Below are positions 47,058-56,536 of a stretch of 64,000 bases of DNA, piece by piece. A program made the translations under genes and the position numbers. Positions within the stretch are counted from its first letter, which is position 1. The number at the start of each line of letters is the position of its first letter. The notes under the pieces are model-generated. The model ran no database searches. It saw only the letters and a program-made list of their open reading frames with translations, and had not been told where the DNA came from. The stretch comes from a virus, in the IMG/VR virus record IMGVR_UViG_3300049432_000151, positions 21,050-85,049 of that record. One strand, given 5' to 3'.

Positions 47058-47546
47058 TCAACCTTCATCCTCCTTGTGCTTCGTCGAGATCGCACTCTCG
47101 TCGAGGCCGTGAGCCGCAAGCCGATCCGCCAATGAGCGGTCAGCACGCAAAATGTCGAGCAGCAACTCCAACGGTGGGATGCCCACGTGCCCGTGCTGCT
47201 CGATGATGCGCGTCATTATTTGTCGCATGACCGCATCTGCCGGCGGTGGCTTGTGCACCGCCAGGCATTCGTTGGATGGCACAGCGATTCCTTTGCGTTC
47301 AAACTCCTGCTCGAAGTTACGCTGGCACGCCTCGAATCGCATCGCCTGCGGGTCTTCTACACTCTCAAGCAGTTCCGCATGATTTAGTCCCGCATGGGCA
47401 CAGAATTTGACTACGGACGGAGTCCGCAGAAGTGCCGCGACCACTCGGCGGGTCGCGGTTTCGGGCTCCCCTGCAACCCCGGCCACCGCTCCCGCCCAGA
47501 AAGTAGCGAGATACGTCTCACGTCTGTGACGCCAAGCGATCTCCAT
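47058..47546 (-). CDS. Hypothetical protein, Clp N-terminal-repeat-like
   Basis: IPPLELLLDILRAD...LAAHGLD resembles a ClpN repeat; weak match. Confidence 0.45.
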   Translation of the reverse strand: MEIAWRHRRETYLATFWAGAVAGVAGEPETATRRVVAALLRTPSVVKFCAHAGLNHAELLESVEDPQAMRFEACQRNFEQEFERKGIAVPSNECLAVHKPPPADAVMRQIMTRIIEQHGHVGIPPLELLLDILRADRSLADRLAAHGLDESAISTKHKEDEG

Positions 47547-47555
47547 GTCAAATCT

Positions 47556-48263
47556 TTACGGGTTCGGAACGTTCTGTTTGCATTTTCCCCAGCATGCCTC
47601 GTTGCCGAAAACCCCACAATGCGAGAGGGTTGTGTTGCAGTATGAGTCCGAACACACCGATGTAGTCATCCACCCGGCACCACATTCCCAAATGCCCGAG
47701 CACGTGCACTTCGGAGTTGCGTCGCCGACATCGTTCACACCCACTTTCATCCGCTGCAACATTGCGCCCGCTGCGTTCTCAGCGGGGATCATCGGACCGT
47801 GACCCAAGCGAAGAAACGCTTCAGTGTAGATCTCCCGCGACAGAACGGCCTTAGCGTCAGTCTTGAACGCTTCGAGAGCGTTGGTTTTTGCGTCGTATCC
47901 AATCGAGCCGACCTGAAGGTCAAACCAGCCGGGACTGGCGGCCAGACTCGCTCCGCGTGCGAGAATCTCCCTCGCCTCGGGCGAGAGCGCTGGATGATCT
48001 CGAACGTACTTCTCGATGTTGTACGACCACAGGGCGCCGAGCGTGGCCGAACGTAGCCCCCATGTTTGCTCGCGCTGTAGCTCGAGCGGCAGATCGGCTA
48101 GCGCAAAGTAGAGCTGCTCCACTTCGCTCTGCGAGACTTGTTTCAGCCGTGCACACGACTGTTCGTCCGTGCCGCCACTGCCGGTGGGATCACTGCCTGG
48201 TTCCACCGCCTGTGCGGCGAGAGCCAGCAAAATAACAGCAAACGTCACAAGCATTTTCCTCAT
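47556..48263 (-). CDS. Bacteriocin fulvocin C-related precursor
   Basis: Signal peptide, helical middle domain (ALWSYNIEKYVRDHPALSPE), C-terminal 8-Cys peptide CTCS...C...C...C...CGVFGNEACWGKC. Confidence 0.7.
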   Translation of the reverse strand: MRKMLVTFAVILLALAAQAVEPGSDPTGSGGTDEQSCARLKQVSQSEVEQLYFALADLPLELQREQTWGLRSATLGALWSYNIEKYVRDHPALSPEAREILARGASLAASPGWFDLQVGSIGYDAKTNALEAFKTDAKAVLSREIYTEAFLRLGHGPMIPAENAAGAMLQRMKVGVNDVGDATPKCTCSGIWECGAGWMTTSVCSDSYCNTTLSHCGVFGNEACWGKCKQNVPNP

Positions 48264-49600
48264 CGTTTTTTCTCCTCTTCGCCATTTAAGATATTTGCAT
48301 GGTCGCGAGTCGTCGCGACCAGACGCTGCACTAGAACCTCGTCGACGTACGCGCGGAGTACAGAGATGCGGTACGGAAGAAACACCGTCTCGAGAGCGGG
48401 CGATAGCCGCACCGCTTGTGCCGTTGAGTCGTCTTTTACATGCTCACCAGTCTCGAACGCGCTCGGAAAGACGTCCCGGCCACCAACTGGGCCTGGCTTC
48501 CCATGGCACCCGACGCAGTTCTGTGTCTCCGACCGGTCGATAATCTCTTCCGGAGTGAGGGCGCTGCCAATTCGGAGCAGCTCGGCGGCAATGTCGTCTC
48601 GAAACTGCTGCCCCGCCTCCGTCCGCATCGATCGTCGAAAAGGCAAGCGGTAGTTGAAACCCGCTTGCACACCGCTAATGTCCGTAATTGCATAGGAGAG
48701 ATCGGTACTCATCGAATATCGGTTCACACCCGAACGGGCGAGCGACTGCACCTGCCGAAGAAAATCGCGCCGAAAAGCTGCGCCGCGCTCACCCGCTACG
48801 TTCGTGTCGAAGAGGTTTCCGTCAGGCGTGTTGTGAAGCGGAACGCGGGTCAGGCGGGCAGCGCACGGATGGAAGGCGGAACAATCTCGCCTTATCGCGA
48901 ACTCGGCGAAGTTCGGCCGCCCATCTCCGACTTCGCTGGTACGGACGCGTCCGTACTGCTCGAAAGTCGCGCGGCTGAGCACAGGCGGAAGTTGTTCGAT
49001 ACCGTCGAAGAAGAACGCCGATAGCTTTGCGGCGCGCTCTTGGTCGGAACGCAGATTCGCCAGCTCCCACCAGAACGCAGCGATTGGTGCACAGCCAAGC
49101 TTTCCGAGCGCCGGACTCGGATTGGCGACGACTGTCTCGAAGGCGACATGTAGCCGACGTCGCTGACCATTGCGGTGCGAAAAGATTACCCTGTACTCGC
49201 CACAGTTCGAGTAGTCATCCGGGGCGAGATCGAATCGGTTGATTACGGCGATCGGCCTGACGTTCGCCCATCCGATCGAGGCCGCCGGCAGCCATCTGAC
49301 GTTCCCCCGCATCGCGACAAATCCCGCGAGCGGTACGACCGCTTGTCGCTGCTCGAACGTTGTTCGTGTCGTATTGAAGACGTCGAGCCACGCGTCTGCC
49401 GAACTTGAGCTGACCGCAGTCACTACTTTCTCAAACGAAAAAGGCGATAACGAGTGGCCGTCCGTGATAACGAAGGCTCGGCCGGCCACCACTTTACTCG
49501 TCGATTCGAGGGAGTCATAAGGGTCGCTTCCGGCGACGTGCGCCGCGATACAGAGCACAGCGATGATCTTGGCGCTGGCGAGAAGATAGCGCTCCACCAT
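48260..49600 (-). CDS. Secreted hypothetical protein with CxxCH haem-binding motif
   Basis: Start taken at MVERYLLA (signal-like); NRFDLA...CGEYRVIF; QNCVGCHG; overlaps the next start. Confidence 0.65.
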   Translation of the reverse strand: MVERYLLASAKIIAVLCIAAHVAGSDPYDSLESTSKVVAGRAFVITDGHSLSPFSFEKVVTAVSSSSADAWLDVFNTTRTTFEQRQAVVPLAGFVAMRGNVRWLPAASIGWANVRPIAVINRFDLAPDDYSNCGEYRVIFSHRNGQRRRLHVAFETVVANPSPALGKLGCAPIAAFWWELANLRSDQERAAKLSAFFFDGIEQLPPVLSRATFEQYGRVRTSEVGDGRPNFAEFAIRRDCSAFHPCAARLTRVPLHNTPDGNLFDTNVAGERGAAFRRDFLRQVQSLARSGVNRYSMSTDLSYAITDISGVQAGFNYRLPFRRSMRTEAGQQFRDDIAAELLRIGSALTPEEIIDRSETQNCVGCHGKPGPVGGRDVFPSAFETGEHVKDDSTAQAVRLSPALETVFLPYRISVLRAYVDEVLVQRLVATTRDHANILNGEEEKKR

Positions 49601-50115
49601 CACGCGACACGTGGACCACTTTTTTTGCACGATTAACAGAGGAGTGATGGACGGACGGCTTTCCCTACCACGCTCGCCAAAACATTTCGGCGAGCCCCGC
49701 GGCCACACCGCATTCACCGCACGCGGCGGCTTAAGGCGTGCCGCACCACTGCGAGTCCGATACTCGACGTCCGATAGGGGGTCAGTCGCACCGAGCATCT
49801 GGTCTTCCGCGACTTCGGATGCTCTTTCCAGATGGGGAGGAACGGAATCATCCGGCTCCGCGGCAGATCGCGGCATGTCCAGCAGCTGAAACGCACTCGA
49901 GGCGCGCGTTGCTCCTGCGCGCGCGTCTCGAACTTCGGGGCGGCGCGGCAACCCACCTTCGACGGCGATCTGACCGTCAACCGCGAGCCGATTTTCGAAT
50001 CACGAGGTAGGGAAACGTGCTCCGGCATCACTCCATGGGAAAGCTCAAACAGCACGAAGGTGGGAGAACGCTCGCAGTGCGGGTGTATTCACTTCGGTGG
50101 GTGTTTACGGGAGAG

Positions 50116-50916
50116 ATGATGGTCCAACTGTCTTGGGTACAGCAAAGGCAGCTGTTGCAGTTCTTCACTGCTTCGATCCGCGACTATCCGAGTTATCCCG
50201 TAGTGATAAGCGAGGGAGACTCGTGGTTTTCATTTCCCGTTCACGCGAACATCATCGATCACCTCGACGACATGGTCGGACGGCGTATGTCGCTCCTGCG
50301 TCTCGAGCGCAGCGGTGATGAGCTGGTCGCGATGACCACCGAGTCGAAATTGAAAACGCTCGGCGGCTATCTTCAACGGTACAAACCGCACGTGCTTCTG
50401 TGGAGCGGCGGTGGAAACGACATCGTCGGGCCGGAGCTCCTCAAGTTCATCGCACCCCGCGGAAACACATTCGACGTGACCGCGGCGCTTGGGACTCAAA
50501 CGCTCAAGAAGCGCTTTGCCGATATTAATGCTGGGTACCAGCGAGTCATCGCGATGCGCGATGCCAAGGCACCCGCATGCGTGATCATCACGCACGGGTA
50601 CGGAAACGCCATTCCATCTGGCCGAAAAGCGAAGCTGCTCGGAATCACCGCGGGCCCGTGGATCAAGCCTTTTCTCGAAGCTCAGGGCTACACAACGAAG
50701 AAGGAGCAGCAAACGATCCTCGATGAACTGCTCGGAAGGTTCAACGCGATCGTCGATGGGTACGTCGGCGCGGGCTTCATCAAGTGCGATGTAGCAAGCG
50801 TGGTCGGTCCAGACGAGTGGAACGATGAACTCCATCCCACTAGAAAGGGGTTCGAGGATGCGGCGACCGTCTTCCACGCCGAGCTCCGGAAGCAACTGCC
50901 GGCGAAGTTCCCCTGA
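50116..50916 (+). CDS. SGNH/GDSL-family hydrolase
   Basis: SEGDSWF, SGGGNDI, NDELHPT. Confidence 0.85.
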   Translation: MMVQLSWVQQRQLLQFFTASIRDYPSYPVVISEGDSWFSFPVHANIIDHLDDMVGRRMSLLRLERSGDELVAMTTESKLKTLGGYLQRYKPHVLLWSGGGNDIVGPELLKFIAPRGNTFDVTAALGTQTLKKRFADINAGYQRVIAMRDAKAPACVIITHGYGNAIPSGRKAKLLGITAGPWIKPFLEAQGYTTKKEQQTILDELLGRFNAIVDGYVGAGFIKCDVASVVGPDEWNDELHPTRKGFEDAATVFHAELRKQLPAKFP

Positions 50917-51189
50917 GTAGACCGCCCGACTAAGCACGGGAACAACGAAGTGGGTACGGATACACCCAACCCTTGTCACTCCCCAATCGACGCAACTTCA
51001 ATCGAGGGGGTTCCGATGCGATCCAGAGAAGTCGCCTTACTATTCGCTCGCTTCATCCTTATAGGCTGTCCGCCAGCAATGGATCAAACTAATGTTGAAG
51101 TGCCCGGCACGAGCACGCAACCACCCGCAGCAACTCAAATTGCAGTGAGTGCTTTAGCATCGACGCGTTCCGAACAGGAGTAAGACTTC

Positions 51190-51513
51190 ATGGAAGACGA
51201 TGTTCAGTTCACCTCTGGCGACGAGATCCCTGCGCAGCAGCTTGGTGCTGCGGTAAAGCAAGGCCTTGAGATACGCGTGGTGATGGTTCAGGATGACGGC
51301 GCCACGGTAGCTTTCAATCTGACTACTGCCTTCGTTGACGCTCAGGGCAATTTTGGCGGGCAAGGGGCGCCGTACTACGAGATGACGAGCTATGCGTCTC
51401 TCATCGGCAGCGGTAAGCAGTTTGCCCGGGCCGTCAATGCGAGCGGCGTTTTCGTGGACATCCCGAAAGGCCAGATCCGAACGGCGAGCTCAATACGGTT
51501 TATCGCTCGTTAG
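51190..51513 (+). CDS. Hypothetical protein
   Basis: 107 aa, AGGAG RBS. Confidence 0.55.
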   Translation: MEDDVQFTSGDEIPAQQLGAAVKQGLEIRVVMVQDDGATVAFNLTTAFVDAQGNFGGQGAPYYEMTSYASLIGSGKQFARAVNASGVFVDIPKGQIRTASSIRFIAR

Positions 51514-51554
51514 GGCTCTCGAGATCACCGCCCTCGCAGCCAAGGTTCGGAGCC

Positions 51555-51878
51555 TTACGGCCGCCACTCCATCGTCAACGCCTCGAAGTGCTGCTGCGGC
51601 GTGAGCACGTCGTGGGCTCGCCGCTCGAACTCCTTGAACCTCGCCATGACAGCTGGGTCTCTCACCGCAGCGTAGAGCTCCGGGACGATGGCGTGAACCG
51701 CTTCCCCGAGGAAGGTGATCTGCGCGTCCGTGAGCTCGTCCCGATGGCGCTCGAGCCACCCGGCGACCTGGGATCGGACCAGTTCAGCTTTGCCATCCGG
51801 AGTGAGCGCGTTGAAGATGCGCAAACGCTGATCCCAGGTCAGGGCGCGGAAGTCGTCGTAGGGAATCGGCACGAACAT
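51555..51878 (-). CDS. Stand-alone helical domain resembling the fulvocin-C-related pro-domain
   Basis: YDDFRALTWDQRLRIFNALTPDGKAELVRSQVAGWLERH..LTDAQITFL; no signal peptide, no Cys. Confidence 0.55.
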   Translation of the reverse strand: MFVPIPYDDFRALTWDQRLRIFNALTPDGKAELVRSQVAGWLERHRDELTDAQITFLGEAVHAIVPELYAAVRDPAVMARFKEFERRAHDVLTPQQHFEALTMEWRP

Positions 51879-51960
51879 CCGTCACAAACGTACCACGCGT
51901 TCAGCGTAGCGGCCGGCGAAGATTCTCGCAGGTTGGGAGAGTACGCCTCTTCGCGGCGAT

Positions 51961-52512
51961 ATGCTCGACATACTCATGTCGAGGTCTGAAGACGAGGCGA
52001 TCGCGAAGTCGCTCGGTAAGTGGTCTCAGGCGGGATTTCCGCACCGTGGCTGGACGTGCGTGGAAGTCGAGGACAACGGCCAGGCAGGTCCGATATGTGA
52101 AATGTGCGAGTCTCGAAGGATTCGTTACATCCATCACATGTCGCACCCCGACGTAGCCACCTCGCTCGCGTGCGGCTGCGTCTGTGCGGGCTACATGGAA
52201 GGCGACCTCGCCGCTGCGCGACGGCGCGACGCGCTCATGACTTCAAGAGCAGGCAAACGGTCACGTTGGCTGACGCGCAAGTGGAAGGAATCTGCGAAAG
52301 GAAACGACTGGATCAAAGCCGACGGCTTCGCTGTCACGATCTATCGCGACAAACGCGGCTACTCGAAGGCTGCCGTCGTTTCAGACGAACGCGATTTCAA
52401 GCACTTCACTCGTCAGTCATATCGCGACCCGTCCGACGCGAAGTTAGCCGCGTTCGACTTAATTACGCGCGTTTTGGCTGAAGAAGAAGAGCGTCGAAAT
52501 GAGGTTCGCTGA
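51961..52512 (+). CDS. Zn-binding hypothetical protein
   Basis: CEMC...IRYIHHMSH...CGCVCA. Confidence 0.65.
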   Translation: MLDILMSRSEDEAIAKSLGKWSQAGFPHRGWTCVEVEDNGQAGPICEMCESRRIRYIHHMSHPDVATSLACGCVCAGYMEGDLAAARRRDALMTSRAGKRSRWLTRKWKESAKGNDWIKADGFAVTIYRDKRGYSKAAVVSDERDFKHFTRQSYRDPSDAKLAAFDLITRVLAEEEERRNEVR

Positions 52513-52522
52513 TGGTAGCGCA

Positions 52523-52969
52523 TCAGGCGCTGAGGCGCGCGCTGGACTGTCGCACGCGAACCGACTTGCGTGCGACCTGGCCGCGCACGCGTAAGGCGGC
52601 GCGATCGACTGCGCGCATGATCTCAAAGTCCCAGACGCGAACGACGCACCATCCCATGCGGCGCAAGGCCCTGCGCTGCCTGACGTCGCGCTGGCGGGTC
52701 CTCTCGATCTTCTCTCGCCAGTAGGGCTGAAGCCCTTCGCTCCACCGCTCAAACTGATAGCCGTGCCAAAAGCGGCCGTCGATAAAAACCGCCACGCGCG
52801 CCGATCGAAACACGATGTCGGGCCGACCTGGCAGATCACTGCTATGAAGCTGAAAGCGAAGTCCGAGCCGGTGCAGGGCTGAGCGCAACCGCACCTCAGG
52901 CGCGGTGTTCTTGTTCTTCACGCGCGACATTGCGTAGCTTCGCTGCTGTCGCGTCAGATTGTCCGTCAT
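52523..52969 (-). CDS. vsr: Very short patch repair endonuclease
   Basis: RSYAMSRVKNKNTAPE, LPGRPDIVF, FIDGRFWHG, GWCVVRVWDFE. Confidence 0.95.
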   Translation of the reverse strand: MTDNLTRQQRSYAMSRVKNKNTAPEVRLRSALHRLGLRFQLHSSDLPGRPDIVFRSARVAVFIDGRFWHGYQFERWSEGLQPYWREKIERTRQRDVRQRRALRRMGWCVVRVWDFEIMRAVDRAALRVRGQVARKSVRVRQSSARLSA

Positions 52970-54060
52970 CGGCGAGGTCGTTTCAGGATCTGCTCGTGGC
53001 GCTCGATCGCGTCGCGGATCGTGGAAGCCGCGATGGCGGCGAAGAGCGGCGGCACTGCGTTCCCGATCATGCCGCACACCTGATCGATGTGCTCTGACTT
53101 GAATACATAGTCTTCGGAAAATGTCTGCAAGAGAGCCGCCTCCCGCACCGAGATCGTCGTGCGACGCCGGTCAGGATGACCGAAGCGTCCCTTAGCCGGC
53201 GTTGTGCAGCCGGTCGTGATCGTCGGCGATTCGCGGTCCCACGACATGCGTCCGTAGACGTTCGTGAATCCGACGTAGCCTTCCTGATGACAATGAGGTC
53301 TTACACTCTCGGGTACTTCCAGCCACGTCTTGCCAGGCATTGCAACGCGCAGACGATCGCGCGTTTGCGGTTGAAGGTCTCGAACTACGTGCCATTTCTC
53401 TTGCAGCGGACTTCCATCTCGGCGTGCAGCTGATAGTCGCTTCGCTGCGCGCATGTGACCTATGGTCTCGCGCACGGTTGCCCAGTGCGGCAGCTCGCCG
53501 TCTCCTCGCTTTGAGTGAGTAGCTTCGGGAAAAGGGATCGCGAAGCCGCGGCCAGCGAGAAGAACCAAGCGGCGTCGCGACTGTGGTACGCCATAGTCAG
53601 CCATCTGAATCGTCTTCCATTGCGGAAGGTAACCAAGCGCATTCAGCCGCGCGACGAACTCCTCGAAAATCGCCTGCCCGCGTGTGAGGAGACCCGGGAC
53701 GTTCTCCATGAAAACTGCTGTCGGACGAAGTTCTTCAACTAAACGCGACATCTGCAGAACGAGCTGATTCCGCGGATCTTCTCGCTTCACTTTCTCGGTG
53801 AGGGAGCAGAAGCCTTGGCAAGGTGCACAACCGGCGATGAGCGCGATTGGTGCGGCGGCGGACCGTCGAAGTACTCGCGGACTCACGTCGCAAATATCGA
53901 CTTGAAACATCTTCGTCGACCGATGATTCGCTCTATACGTCTCCGCAGCAACTTCATTGACTTCAACCGCCGCTGCGACTCGGAAGCCGCCATTTTTCAT
54001 CCCGACGGTGAGTCCGCCGCAGCCAGCGAAGAGATCGATCGCGACTAATTTTCGCTTCAT
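52966..54060 (-). CDS. dcm: C5 DNA cytosine methyltransferase
   Basis: DLFAGCGG, APCQGF, MENVPG, PQSRRR, IGNAVPP. Confidence 0.95.
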   Translation of the reverse strand: MKRKLVAIDLFAGCGGLTVGMKNGGFRVAAAVEVNEVAAETYRANHRSTKMFQVDICDVSPRVLRRSAAAPIALIAGCAPCQGFCSLTEKVKREDPRNQLVLQMSRLVEELRPTAVFMENVPGLLTRGQAIFEEFVARLNALGYLPQWKTIQMADYGVPQSRRRLVLLAGRGFAIPFPEATHSKRGDGELPHWATVRETIGHMRAAKRLSAARRDGSPLQEKWHVVRDLQPQTRDRLRVAMPGKTWLEVPESVRPHCHQEGYVGFTNVYGRMSWDRESPTITTGCTTPAKGRFGHPDRRRTTISVREAALLQTFSEDYVFKSEHIDQVCGMIGNAVPPLFAAIAASTIRDAIERHEQILKRPRR

Positions 54061-54061
54061 T

Positions 54062-55987
54062 CTACGAAGCGGTTTTTGGCACTGCGACCGGTTTCAGTTT
54101 GCGCTGCCGCGCGTACTCGGGCGCGTACTTTTTCAAAACCCGCCTCACTTCCCCGTAATACTCAGTCGCTTTCGCATACAAATCGCTGTACGACTCAACG
54201 AAGATTTGCTGTTGCGCAAGCATGTTCCTGCGCTGAAGAACCTCCGGGTTCGAAGTCAGATGACCTACGATCAGGAGCCCCGATGCGGAATTGGGCGAGT
54301 GCGGGCCGGTATTTACGATCTTCGACCTAGCCCAAAAAACATAGTCAGCAATCTGTTCGAGATCCTTCTTCGAAAGCACCTTCTCGGGCCTCTTCAACTC
54401 GACCACAGTTAATTTTCCGCTCACCGCCATACCGAGAAGATCGATGCGGCGGTCTTCGGCTGAGATAGTCTTTTTCTCGGGAAACTGCTCGCGTAGCATC
54501 TTGGTGTATGTCGCTTGGCCGTCCACCTCTGTCCACGCCTGGTCGATAAGCCAAGGGTGGGCCTCGAAGAGTGGCTGCATCTGTTGGACTTCGAGCGCCC
54601 CGTTCTCAATAAACTCGTGGAGTTGATCTATTGCGGCAAGCCTGCCGTCTGAGAGGCGGAGGTGTTCACGAGCTTCGATGAGGCGCCATTCATCGAAGAG
54701 CTGAAGGAGCATGTCGATGTTTGAGCCCTTTTCCTCGATCTCGTCGACGAGCTCGCGAAACGCATAGTGCTCGACGCTCGCCTTTACGATGTCGAGCAGC
54801 GGTTCAGCGCTCTCTGAATCGAGTCGATCGTCATCGACCAAAATGTTGACGAGCCGTTCCGCGACACGGCGCTCGTGCGCGCTTCGTGAAGTCAACCACT
54901 GATCAAAATTGCCGACCTTAATGATCCGGTTGGTTTTCTCTTCTTTTCGCGCTTTCACCCAGCTGTCGAAGGCCCATTTCATCAGCTCCTGTCCCCAATC
55001 CTCGAGCGCTTCGCCTTGGGGGGACTCCCACACAACCGAATTGCGCGCCGTGGCAGCCAAGTCGTCCTCTTCGTCGAGGAAGTCAGCATGAACTTCGCCG
55101 ATGACGTGCGCACGCGCAAACTGCGCATGCGTGCTCGAGAAGTTGAAGAAACTACCCAGCTCGACAGCTTTGTTGTTGGCGAAAATGTCGATCCCACGTT
55201 CCGTCTGCGCCGCCTCTGGAAGAAACCCCAACCATCCAGATGTCTTCAGGCCGGGACCAACCTTTGGGACCGGGATCTCGTCGAGCGACCACGATATTTT
55301 GCAATCCTCGCGGCGGATGCGGTCACCTGGACCGATCGGTTTCCCGTTCACGTACACCTGAAACTTCGTGCCGATGAAGCGAGCGCGGCGAGCCAAGCCC
55401 CTGCGAACAATCTGGGGTGAAAACGGTAGCTTGCGGTGGAAACCGCGTAGGCGAACCTCGGTTCCGCTTGGGTCTTTCGTCTTGCCGGTTCGATCGTCGA
55501 CGACTTCCGGCTCGTACGGTTTTGTGCCGTACTTCTGAGCCCATTTCTTTATTGCGAAGTAGTTGAACCTGAGCGTCACGGCGAAGCCGTTCGCGATGGT
55601 TCGGACATCCATCTCGCCCGCGACACCGAAGGCTGAGAGCTTTCCTAGTCCTTTTCTGCCGGTCACTCTAACTTTGTTGTTTTTCGACATCACGTCGGCA
55701 GAGTTTTGGCCGCGTCGATTCCGTCCGATCGGCAGGTACTCCTTGACGAGCTCATCCGGTGTCATTCCATGGCCGTAGTCGCGCACGACCACTTCGGTCA
55801 CTGGGGTGATGGGACCCTCTGGAATGGTGATCTCGATCTTAGGCGCCTCCGCATCGTAAGCGTTCGAGACGATCTCGGCTATCACCGGCGGAAGCGTGCT
55901 GTACAGACGCAGGCCGAGATGATCGATGGTGTTCGATTCGAACGCCATTGCGAACTTGGGCAGAGCTGCCTGCTTCACGGTAGCCAT
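54062..55987 (-). CDS. GHKL (MORC-like) ATPase fused to C-terminal PD-(D/E)xK nuclease
   Basis: EIVSNAYDA, DYGHGM, GRKGLGKLS, SGTEV; C-terminal RRIDLL...VVELKRP. Confidence 0.85.
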   Translation of the reverse strand: MATVKQAALPKFAMAFESNTIDHLGLRLYSTLPPVIAEIVSNAYDAEAPKIEITIPEGPITPVTEVVVRDYGHGMTPDELVKEYLPIGRNRRGQNSADVMSKNNKVRVTGRKGLGKLSAFGVAGEMDVRTIANGFAVTLRFNYFAIKKWAQKYGTKPYEPEVVDDRTGKTKDPSGTEVRLRGFHRKLPFSPQIVRRGLARRARFIGTKFQVYVNGKPIGPGDRIRREDCKISWSLDEIPVPKVGPGLKTSGWLGFLPEAAQTERGIDIFANNKAVELGSFFNFSSTHAQFARAHVIGEVHADFLDEEDDLAATARNSVVWESPQGEALEDWGQELMKWAFDSWVKARKEEKTNRIIKVGNFDQWLTSRSAHERRVAERLVNILVDDDRLDSESAEPLLDIVKASVEHYAFRELVDEIEEKGSNIDMLLQLFDEWRLIEAREHLRLSDGRLAAIDQLHEFIENGALEVQQMQPLFEAHPWLIDQAWTEVDGQATYTKMLREQFPEKKTISAEDRRIDLLGMAVSGKLTVVELKRPEKVLSKKDLEQIADYVFWARSKIVNTGPHSPNSASGLLIVGHLTSNPEVLQRRNMLAQQQIFVESYSDLYAKATEYYGEVRRVLKKYAPEYARQRKLKPVAVPKTAS

Positions 55988-56310
55988 CTACCAAATCTTA
56001 GCAGGGCGAAAGGCGGACGAACGTAGGCGAGGCAGGATCGCGGCGCATTCAGTTGACCGCTGGCGACGCGAACGAAAGCTGCATTGCGCGCTCGTACACG
56101 ATCGTGCGAGCTTTCTCGACCGTGCGGCGTGTGCGTTCGCTACCCAACTGCGGACGAGGAAATCGGGATGACGGCTCGTCGATACTGCGTCATCAGCGGT
56201 TCGAGAATCGTCCTCCCTCCCCAGCCACCGGCAACGTGCCGGTGCGTTTGTTGGCCCAGTCTTCCTGACGCTGTACTACTCCAGGATGGCTTTGCGCGGA
56301 GTCGAAGCGG

Positions 56311-56508
56311 CTAGCGCTTCGTGAATGGGCGATCGGGTGCGCGTTTGTCCCCGATCGTGCGGAGGCGGCTGCACAGATCGTCGACCACTTCACGCGTCTG
56401 GTCGGCGGTCAGCTTCTTCGTGAGTTCGCGGGTAAGCGTCTCCAGCGCGGAAACGACTGAAGACAGCTCGATCGGAAGGTCGGGCTGCTGAGGTTCTTTT
56501 TCGGCCAC
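56311..56508 (-). CDS. Small hypothetical protein
   Basis: 65 aa amphipathic helical ORF downstream of 56537-57595. Confidence 0.4.
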   Translation of the reverse strand: MAEKEPQQPDLPIELSSVVSALETLTRELTKKLTADQTREVVDDLCSRLRTIGDKRAPDRPFTKR

Positions 56509-56536
56509 CGGTGGTAATGAAGAGCAAGAATCGCGC

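Noticed and set aside
48260-49951. 563-aa version of the CxxCH protein
   Set aside because: The first ~115 aa look non-coding; a signal-like segment starts at 49600.
56030-56310. Possible att site or recombinase remnant at the right edge of the island
   Set aside because: No tRNA fragment, no direct repeat matching elsewhere in the window, no recognisable recombinase motif.
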